NCBI GenBank assembly: GCA_022646745.1
Contig: CP060262.1
Coordinates: 3,897,188-3,961,187 of the forward strand
Reading direction: 5' to 3'
Length of the DNA stretch: 64,000 bases
Origin: Planctomycetales bacterium
GTDB taxonomy: Bacteria; 4484-113; JAFGCY01
How positions within the stretch are numbered: position 1 is the first letter of the stretch; every line of letters begins with the position of its first letter. The notes below the pieces were generated by a model. That model ran no database searches and had not been told where the DNA came from. It was given only the letters and a program-made list of their open reading frames with translations. This document shows positions 48,180 to 57,000 of this stretch, piece after piece. The position numbers and the translations under genes are program-made.

Positions 48180-49384
48180 GTGCCAACTGGACCAGCGCAA
48201 TCCGTGGCCTGCGTGACAATCCCCTGCCGGCACTGTGGCAGCTGCAGGAACTGCGCCAGCACGGGCAGCGCAGCCGCTGGCTGTCCAGCCCCGGCTATAT
48301 GCTGCTTGCCATCCTGGTCAGTGCGCTGGCCTGTTACCTGCTGCTGCTGCAACTCGGAATGGCAGGTGCGGTCTGGCAGGAGGGAGCGCACCCGGTGATT
48401 CGCCACAGCCTGCGCGGGATGGGCTTTGGCGTGTCCCTGGCTTTCACCGGAGCCATCTCCTTTCTACTGGCAATGGCCCGGCTGCACCATGGAATCCTGT
48501 TCTGCGGCAGCCTGCTGGCAATGCGGGACAGCCGCCGGCGCTGGGCCTTTGATGAGGTTGTGGCATCAACTGAGCTTGGCAACCGGGAGATCATCGCCGC
48601 GGCGATCTGGCATTCGCTGCGCCGCGTGATGCCACCACTCGCACTCAGCCAACTGGTGTTTTCGGTGATGTCCGGCATCTGGGTGGCTGACATGCTGCAT
48701 GACCACTCCCTCCCGGATGCAGCATGGCGCTGGCTGCTGCCCCTACTGTTCCTGCTGGGCATGCTGCTGCTGTCCACGCTGGCTGTCGCCACCCTTTGCG
48801 CCCTCTCGATCTCCACCAGCAGTCCTGACCAGCACCCGGCCCAGCCAATGCTGCTGGCAGCGAATGCCTACCCGCTGCAACTGCTGATGCTGGCGGCCCA
48901 GCTTCTGTTGCCGATCTGGCGTCCAGATGAGTATTACACCGAAGCCCCATCTTTACTGGTGGTGAATCCACTGGATGTCGTCTCGCTGGGGTTCGGAATG
49001 CTGATGCCCGTCATCATGGTCCTGCTGCTGGAACTGATGTGCCGGGCTGGCAACACCCGAAGTTATGCGGCCTTTGCCCTGCTGCCGGTGGTCGGCCTGC
49101 TGCTTGCCTTTGGCTGGGGCGTGATGTCAATTGTCTATGACGAGCTGCTGTCCTCCACATATCCGCTGGATGGACCCCTTTTCAGCCTCGCATCCAACTG
49201 GTGCATCTTCCCGTTGTACCTCAGCTATCCACTGCAGGACCTGGCCCGCAACGGTATTCCAGGCTATGCGATTCACTGGATGAGTCTCTGCCTGTTTCCC
49301 GTACATTTGCTCCTGCTCCTAGGTGCCCTTTACAAATTTGCGCAACGAGCAGCCGGGAACCTGGACCGCGAACTGCGGGTCTGA
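48176..49384 (+). CDS. polytopic membrane protein, family A paralog 5
   Basis: GTGA overlap; N-terminal RDNPLPALWQLQELRQHGQRSRWLSSPG; about 8 predicted TM helices. Confidence 0.7.
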   Translation: MSANWTSAIRGLRDNPLPALWQLQELRQHGQRSRWLSSPGYMLLAILVSALACYLLLLQLGMAGAVWQEGAHPVIRHSLRGMGFGVSLAFTGAISFLLAMARLHHGILFCGSLLAMRDSRRRWAFDEVVASTELGNREIIAAAIWHSLRRVMPPLALSQLVFSVMSGIWVADMLHDHSLPDAAWRWLLPLLFLLGMLLLSTLAVATLCALSISTSSPDQHPAQPMLLAANAYPLQLLMLAAQLLLPIWRPDEYYTEAPSLLVVNPLDVVSLGFGMLMPVIMVLLLELMCRAGNTRSYAAFALLPVVGLLLAFGWGVMSIVYDELLSSTYPLDGPLFSLASNWCIFPLYLSYPLQDLARNGIPGYAIHWMSLCLFPVHLLLLLGALYKFAQRAAGNLDRELRV

Positions 49385-49476
49385 ACCAGCGCTTCTCCCG
49401 GGATTGTGGCGGGAACCACTGCTCCGGGTTAGAATCAAACGGCTGAAATCTGTTTCGATACTTGGGGGTATCGGAT

Positions 49477-52400
49477 ATGCGAACTGGTACTGCAGGCCAT
49501 AAAAGAATGTGGCCAATTGTCGTGCTCGCCCTTGCATTGAGTGCCTGCGGCGGCAACATGGGTTCGGGCATTGTCCCTGGACCGGCACAGATAAGAAATG
49601 AAACCGCACCGGTCTATCGCAATGCGATTGGCGAATCCGAAATCGGCACACTGAATGACTGGCAGCGAGCGCTGCTTGCCGACCCAGGCTGGAATGAAGC
49701 CCCTGCTCCGGTTGAGCGGGATGGGTTTAACGCGCTGCCTGCTCCGAGCACTGAACTGCTATTGGAGCTGCTCCAGCAGCAGGCAGTTGCAGGCATAGAT
49801 CAAGCTGGATTCGTGCGTGGCACTTCCGCGCTTGACCCGGTTCCGGTCGGCGCGTACAAGCCTGGCGATGTTGATGTTAATGGCATTCCCGCTTTCGGCT
49901 GCAATGCCGACCCGGCAATGATCGACATTTACCACATTGAGGATGTGATTGGCAATTACAGCCTGGATGCTGATCTGCAATTGCAGTCACCAGTTGGTTA
50001 CGTTATGTATGGCGTACCTACAGTCAACCATTTCAACAAGCATGGAGACTCAGCCTCGATTCCGGCTGCCATTTCACAGGTGCTGGCCCAGCAGGACGAC
50101 CAGTCCCAGAACATTGCGATCAGCAGCATTGCTTATCTCGCTGCGCAGGATTTCTCCGTCTCACCCGGTGAGGGCAGTGGCCCTGGAGGCCCGAATGACT
50201 GCGGCCTGGCGGCATACAGTATCCGCAATGCCTACTGGATGAGCTGGAATGAGAAATCCTTCGCTCTGCCTTCGGGCCAGACCACTGCGCTATTCAACAT
50301 TTTGCCTGGTCCGTTGGATGAAGCACAGACCGGGCTAACCAACCCCATCACTTCCACCACGGCGGGCCAGCAGCCCTTCCTGTTCGGTTCCTGGATCGAG
50401 CATTATGGCAAGTCCTACATCGTCGGCATAGAATCTGCCAACAGCGGTTGCCAGATGTTCGATGACATTGCCAACACCGAATGGCGCCACAGGGTGATCG
50501 GTGGCGACCAGCCCTACCCGAACATCCTGCACAACCCGCTGTACGGCATCCTTGCGGAACGCTGGCAGCAGTCAGCCATTCCGGATACGGAGGAATGGAA
50601 CAGCCAGCTCGGCTGGCCCGTGGCCCGTCCCTTTGCCTACAACAATGGAGCGCAGCTGCTCAGTGCGGACGGCCCCTACTATGCATTTGGACAGTTCTTC
50701 GAGCGGGGATTCATCTGGTGGCTGGACTACGACCAGCAGGCCAATCCGACAGCAAGCGACCGGGCAATCCTCTACACTTTCGATGGCAGCAACACATTCT
50801 GCGATGGCACGTTTACGCGCAGCTACCCTTACCTGCATTACAACAATCAAGCAAGTGCCCCGCTTGCCGCTGACCTGCTGGTGGACCAGTATCTCGCGGG
50901 TGGCTCCGACTGGCGCCAGATCAGCCAGCAGCCTGATGGCCGCCTGCTGCGGGTTCCCTGGACTGACGAGGGAGCCAGCCAGCGCAGTGCCACTGTCCGC
51001 GCCCTTGCCAACCCCAGTGGAGGGGTGACCATCAACGGTGACGACATCGGCCATCCGGAATGGGGCAAGGGCCTGTACCGCAGCTGCACATGGCTGTGGC
51101 AGGATGGCACTGTCACCCCTGCCGGCATGGATTACGACCCGGCGCAGTTTGACATGCAGCACACCTACCTTGGCGACGGAGCTGGCATTGAAGCCATCCG
51201 CCGCATCAGGGCGCAGGTGGTGGATGCCGACGGCAACATCGCCTATGTGGACAGCCTGCCGCTGCAGATCGGCGACGGCAGCCCGGGGGCCGCCCCGGCA
51301 CTGAGCGTGCTGCGGGCTGACAACGGCATGTTCCCGGATGGCTACGAAGCCCTGATTGATGATCTCGGTGAACTCGGCCTGCCCTTCAGCACCCGCAGCT
51401 GGGAAGCGGGTATCGAACAGCAACTCGCAGACGAGGGCTGCCAGCTGGCAATCTGGTACGACGGCGGACCGGGCAGCCAGGCTGAACTTGGAAACACACA
51501 GGCCGGCTGGACCGCTGGGGAAAGGGACTCACTGATCGGCCTGCTGGAGAAGGGCATTGACGTGCTGCTGCTCAGCCAGGATGTCGCTGACAACCCGGAC
51601 CCCAACCCGGGAAACTCATGGACAGACCGCTTCGGTATGCAGCTGCTGCCCGGCGGCCAGTCCGGCACCGGCCTGCAGGGTGCATGGGGGCAGTTGCCCG
51701 GTGGCCGGATTGCCGATTTCGGCGGCGGATGGCTTCCCTCGTCCGCCCAGTACATGTCTGCCGCTTCACTGGCTTCGCTCGAGGCGATCTGTGGCGCCGT
51801 GGAACGCGGCTCCGCCGATGATGGTACCCAGCCGATGCTTGTGTCAGTCGACCCCGCCCTGCCCGTCTGCGGCATTGGCAGCGCCACCAACTGGCCGGGA
51901 GCCAGCCCCGCATTCACTGCGGGCAGCTTCCTGTCTTCAACATCCACAGGTCCGGCCCAGGCCCTGCTGAGCTGGGGCAGCAGCGCAGCTCCGCATTCCA
52001 TTGATGGCAACCTGCCTGACCCGGTCATCGCCGATGGCAATGCGCACCTGTGGGTCTATGGCCTCAGCTGGGCAGCCAGCTCTCCCGTAGGCTACCAGGG
52101 CAGCGATCGCGTGCCCGTTGCCAGGAGCAGGATGCTTCAGAATATCCTGAGCTGGCTGGACAATGATTCCCGCTACTTTGACCCGCTGCGACCACGTGGC
52201 TATTCAGGTGAGCCGGAAATCCTCTCGGTCACGCCATACCTGATCCAGTCAGACGGGCAGATCACTCCCGGCTCGACTTCACATACTGGAGTTGACTATC
52301 CGGACCCGAGCGGCAGCGATGTGCTGCGCAGCAGCCCCAACCTGCCGGATGAGAAGCACCTCGTTGTCAGTCCGGAGCATGACTCGGATGAGGACGGCAT

Positions 52401-53574
52401 CAATGCCAATGACCTTGACCTGCAGTTCCCCTTCTACGCCTACATCACCTGGGATGACAGCAAGGGGCAGGCAAACGGCGTGATCGAACCTGAAGAGATC
52501 CTCGACATCAGCTATGGCGGCCTGCTGCTGAAGGACGATATTGACTGGCAACGGGCCAATCCCAATGCCGGCAATTATGTCCAGCCGAGCCAGCTCAACA
52601 TTCAGCGTCCAGTGGCCGGTTACTACCTGTCATTCACGGGCGACAGCGGCGATGAGCTGCGCGCTTCCTATGGCTCTGCAGCGCCGCAACTTGTTACAAC
52701 TCAGTACAGGCCAAAGCTGCTTGTGGAGGCAGTTGCCCACTGGCCGGCAGATGCAGCCTACGGTGGCCAGACACCAGTGCTGCGCTGGAGTATGTTCCCT
52801 GGCCATAAGGTCCAGTCTCGCAACTACATCACCGGCACCAGCTGGGTTGATGGATATGCCGGTGAATCCCCCATCCCCTGGGGCTTCTTTGTCGGAACGA
52901 ACGATATCGACCCCGGCATGAAGAATTTCAGCGATGCAGATGTACTTCGCCTGCATGGAGATTTCAGCCATGTCGGCGATGGCAATGGCCGCAGCATGCT
53001 GTTTGATTACGCTACGGTACTGGCCTTTGACGGTGACCTGGATGATGACAATGCTGCCGGCACGGCAGACAAGATTCCGATTCGTGTCCGCCTGATCACT
53101 GATTACGAAGCATATGGCAAGTATGCAGCTGAGGGCGGGACCTGGCCTGACCAGTTCCCCCCGGCGGACAGCTTCATTGAAGGAGGCTGCTATGTATCCC
53201 TTGCGGGCAAGGGCAACAGCTGCATGGTTGTGATGGACAATCCGGAGAAGTACGATCCCCATGAGCTGATTACCAAGGATGAAGATGGCCAGTATAGATT
53301 TGACGTCGAACTGCACTTCATCGTCGACTGCGCACCCGGACCGCTGGATGTTGATTTGGACTGGAATTACGATGGAATTGCATGGGGCAACTCCGGAAAC
53401 ACGCAGTATGTAGGCGTTTTCCCAGTCGAAGGCGAACTTGATGAAACAGTGAATGTGGATTTCACACCGGCAGGTGGACCTGGTACCTACTATTTCTCAA
53501 TCAAGGTTTCTGATGGTTCCGTACCTTCCCAAACTGCAACCTACACCTGGCCGGTTCCAGTTGTAATAGAGTAG
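49477..53574 (+). CDS. giant surface lipoprotein with LGFP-like repeat, paralog 1
   Basis: Lipoprotein signal MRTGTAGHKRMWPIVVLALALSAC; LGFP-like segment QLGWPVARPFAYNNGAQLLSADGPYYAFGQFFERGFIWW; shares many blocks with 54019-59040. Confidence 0.8.
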   Translation: MRTGTAGHKRMWPIVVLALALSACGGNMGSGIVPGPAQIRNETAPVYRNAIGESEIGTLNDWQRALLADPGWNEAPAPVERDGFNALPAPSTELLLELLQQQAVAGIDQAGFVRGTSALDPVPVGAYKPGDVDVNGIPAFGCNADPAMIDIYHIEDVIGNYSLDADLQLQSPVGYVMYGVPTVNHFNKHGDSASIPAAISQVLAQQDDQSQNIAISSIAYLAAQDFSVSPGEGSGPGGPNDCGLAAYSIRNAYWMSWNEKSFALPSGQTTALFNILPGPLDEAQTGLTNPITSTTAGQQPFLFGSWIEHYGKSYIVGIESANSGCQMFDDIANTEWRHRVIGGDQPYPNILHNPLYGILAERWQQSAIPDTEEWNSQLGWPVARPFAYNNGAQLLSADGPYYAFGQFFERGFIWWLDYDQQANPTASDRAILYTFDGSNTFCDGTFTRSYPYLHYNNQASAPLAADLLVDQYLAGGSDWRQISQQPDGRLLRVPWTDEGASQRSATVRALANPSGGVTINGDDIGHPEWGKGLYRSCTWLWQDGTVTPAGMDYDPAQFDMQHTYLGDGAGIEAIRRIRAQVVDADGNIAYVDSLPLQIGDGSPGAAPALSVLRADNGMFPDGYEALIDDLGELGLPFSTRSWEAGIEQQLADEGCQLAIWYDGGPGSQAELGNTQAGWTAGERDSLIGLLEKGIDVLLLSQDVADNPDPNPGNSWTDRFGMQLLPGGQSGTGLQGAWGQLPGGRIADFGGGWLPSSAQYMSAASLASLEAICGAVERGSADDGTQPMLVSVDPALPVCGIGSATNWPGASPAFTAGSFLSSTSTGPAQALLSWGSSAAPHSIDGNLPDPVIADGNAHLWVYGLSWAASSPVGYQGSDRVPVARSRMLQNILSWLDNDSRYFDPLRPRGYSGEPEILSVTPYLIQSDGQITPGSTSHTGVDYPDPSGSDVLRSSPNLPDEKHLVVSPEHDSDEDGINANDLDLQFPFYAYITWDDSKGQANGVIEPEEILDISYGGLLLKDDIDWQRANPNAGNYVQPSQLNIQRPVAGYYLSFTGDSGDELRASYGSAAPQLVTTQYRPKLLVEAVAHWPADAAYGGQTPVLRWSMFPGHKVQSRNYITGTSWVDGYAGESPIPWGFFVGTNDIDPGMKNFSDADVLRLHGDFSHVGDGNGRSMLFDYATVLAFDGDLDDDNAAGTADKIPIRVRLITDYEAYGKYAAEGGTWPDQFPPADSFIEGGCYVSLAGKGNSCMVVMDNPEKYDPHELITKDEDGQYRFDVELHFIVDCAPGPLDVDLDWNYDGIAWGNSGNTQYVGVFPVEGELDETVNVDFTPAGGPGTYYFSIKVSDGSVPSQTATYTWPVPVVIE

Positions 53575-53583
53575 CAACCTACC

Positions 53584-53625
53584 AATCATATCAGTTTCAC
53601 GGGATCTCGTGAAACTGATATGATT
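53584..53625. repeat. perfect 18-bp inverted repeat (hairpin), 6-nt spacer, immediately 3' of giant lipoprotein 1
   Basis: AATCATATCAGTTTCACG (53584-53601) / CGTGAAACTGATATGATT (53608-53625); possible terminator or protein-binding palindrome. Confidence 0.6.
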
Positions 53626-54018
53626 AAAGGTACTTGAAATTTGATTAATGTGTACGTATACTGTTTCCATAGCTTCGGCTGCGCTCTGGGAGCCAGCTGG
53701 AAGACACGCGCAATTGAGGAAGTAGGAATTGCTTGATCAGCATTCGAACTTTCGGATCACAGGGGCTGCTGTGAACCTCGCAGTCCTTTGCGCGCATATT
53801 TACTACCCCGGCACCGCATGCAATTGCCGTGCTGCGACACATGCTTCCCAGTACTCCGGCCGTCCTGGACCGGTCGAGATAATCCGGCTGAAACATACTG
53901 CATGAGGAGGTATCTGATGTCCAGTCGTGGCAGCAGTGTTGCCACTCGAAACCCTGCCTACCGGGCGGGTCAATTGCGCTTATTAATTATTTCCATACCA
54001 ACATCTATAGGAGTTATC

Positions 54019-57000
54019 ATGAAGACTCATGTGAACTGGTGTAAGCATCTCGGGCTAACGCTTGTGGCGCTTACGGTAGTCTTCGTAGCAGCTTCCTGCG
54101 GTGGTAGTGGTAGCAACGGGCTCACTTCAAATGTTGAGCTGGGAACTACCACTTCTGTTGCCCCGGGCAATGATGTCCGCGGCAATGTTTCCGCTGAGAT
54201 GACCGTCTCTGAGAACGAGATCGGCCAGCTCAGTGCGGAGCAGCAGGCTCTGCTTTCAGACGCGGGCTGGAACCAGCCCTACATCGTCCCCAAGGCCGGC
54301 ACCCCGATCCAGGGCCCGAGCCATGAGATGCTGATGGCACAGCTTCGTGAGATGGCTGAGCGCGGCGTCGAGATGCTGCCCCGCGGCGTCGAGGGAGAAG
54401 GCACGAAGGGAGCCAGCTGGCTTGACCAGCGCGGCTTCAACCCGGGTGTTGACAGTGGCCTTGTGAAGGGCCAGTACAAGCCCGCCGACACCGGCGCCAA
54501 CGGCGTGCCGGACTTCGGTTGCAACGCCTCCGGTGCACTGATGGCTGACAACGGCCAGTCCGACATCGAGGACGTGATCTTCGCCTACGGCGGCAGCATG
54601 CCGGCCCAGGCGATCAGCTGGGTGGCTGAGGGTCTTTCGACCATCAACCACTTCAACAGCGTCGGTGGAGGTGGTGACGATGCGTACACCGCCGTTTACC
54701 AGCTGTTCGCTGACAGCGAGACCGCGAACCCGAACAACCAGGGCAACAATGACATCGGTGAGATCGGCTACCGTGCCGACCTCGGCCCATATGGCGTCGG
54801 TTACGGCCAGGGCAGCGGCCCCAGCGGCACGCTGTGCGACGGAACCGCCTACGGTGTCCGCAATGCGTTCTGGATGACCTTCAACGAGAAGTTCTTCGCC
54901 CTGCCGAGCGGCCAGGCGACTGCCCTGTACAACGTGCTGATCGCCCCCAGCGGTGATGAGGGTGCGGACCAGGTCAGCCCGATGGACACCTCCGCGAACT
55001 TCCAGACCTTCTACTTTGGCAACGTGTCCTCCTGCTATGGGGATGCGATGATCGTCGGCATCAACGCCGCTGACAGCGGTTGCGACATGTTCGACGAGGC
55101 CTCCAATGCGCCGTGGCAGGACCGTACGGCGGATGGCAACAGCTACCCGAACATCCTGCACAACCCGATCTTCGGCGTGATCCTGGCCCGCTGGGCCGGC
55201 GGCAACGCCAACTCGGACAGCCAGTTCTTCGGCGACGGCAGCTTCCCGAGTGCGGCAAGCATCGTCGGCTGGCCCGTGGCCCGTCCGTTCGCATACAACA
55301 ACGGCGCCGCGCTGCTCAATGCCAACGGTGCCTACTACGCCTTCGGCCAGTTCTTCGAGAAGGGTTTCATGTGGTGGATCGACTACGACCAGAACAGCAA
55401 CCCGACCGCGAGCGACGAAGCGCAGATGTACGTCTACGATGGCAACAACACCTTCTGCGAGGGTGAGTACTCCAAGGTCGAGCCCGACGTGTTCTACGGC
55501 GGCAGCGGCGACCTCGGTGTCGGCGTGACCGTGGACGGCGTGCGCTACGGTGCCGGCGACTGGTCCGCCCCGCAGCTGTCCGACGACGGTACCTATTACC
55601 AGATCGGCATGCTGCTGGACGAGAACACCGGCATCAGCAGCGTGACCATCGCTGCCAGCGCGCACGGCTTCGGCGGTGTGACGGCTGATGGCCTTGACAT
55701 CGAGCACCCCGAGTGGGGCGCCTGCCTGTACAAGCACAGCACATGGTCATGGCGTGACGGTACGGTCACGGCAGCCGGCACGGCTTTCGATCCGAGCCAG
55801 TTCGCCCGTACCCACACCTACAGCAGCAATGCGATCAAGACCAATGTCGAGGGTGTGTACACGATCCGTAACCAGGTCGTGGACGCCGATGACAACATCG
55901 CCTACGGTGACAGCCTTCCGATGCACCTCGGACACGGCGGCGCCGGTGGTGGCGGTGGCGACACCGAAGTCTGGGTCATCCGCAACGACGGCGGTGACTT
56001 CCAGCTCAACCTCGACGCCCTGACCGGCGACCTTGACGCCCTTGGCGTTGGCTACAGCGTGGTCGACTACAGCGCAACCGTCGCTGACGACTTCGCCGCC
56101 AACCCGAACGCGAAGGTCGCGATCTGGTACCGTGGTGGACCGGGTGGCGCGGGTGAGTCCGCGACCTACACCACCGCCTGGACCAGCGGTGAGATGGACA
56201 ACTACATCCAGCTGATGAGCGACGGCTTCGGCGTGATGCTGATGAGCCAGAACCACGGCTACGATGGAGACCTGTTCTTCACCAACGGCTGGAGTGGCAT
56301 CTACGGTTATGCGACCCTGCCGGCCTCCGTCCCGGATGCCGACCGCCGCATGCCCTGGGCCTCCAGCCTGTGCACCGATGACGGTATCGGTTTCGGTGGT
56401 TCGCTTGGTTTCATCCCGACCGCCCCGAGCAACTTCATCGGTAACCCGAGCGGCGCTAACTTCGGTGCCGACGGTACCAACGCCGCGGAGCGCTACACCG
56501 GTAGTGGTTCCTCGGGTGAGCTGCCGATCAGCTTCGGCATGGCAACCGGCCGCCAGTACTGCGGTATCGGTTACTACAGCTCCTTCTTCGCGGGCTCCTG
56601 CGCAGGTCCGGCCTTCCGTGCCGGTATCGGCCACCAGCCCAACGCGCTTGGCTTCGACCTGGGCTTCCTGTCCTGGGGTAACAGCCAGGCCCCGGATGCC
56701 AACATCGGCTTCTTCCCGAGCTACAGCCACAGCTTCGGCACCGGCAAGGTGTGGAACGTTGGCTACAGCTGGGCAGGCACCAGTGTGACGGCTTCCGCTT
56801 CCGGCACGATGGACCGCGCCGACCTGCTGAACAACATCCTCGGTTGGCTGGATGACAGCCTGACCTTCGGTGGTGGCGGCGGCGGTGGCGCCGGCTTCGA
56901 GGAGTACGATGGTCCTCCGGAGATCGTCTGCGTGACCCCGATCGCCTGGGACAAGGTGAACGGCGCCGTGACGCAGGGTACCGCCGGTGTGGGTGGCCAG

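Noticed and set aside
38864-49384. Assignment of the polytopic family A proteins as ABC-2-type permeases
   Set aside because: The N-terminal NP(L)...ELR...R motif loosely resembles N-termini of some ABC-2 permeases, but this is from memory only and no ATPase partner is encoded in the operon; left as uncharacterised.
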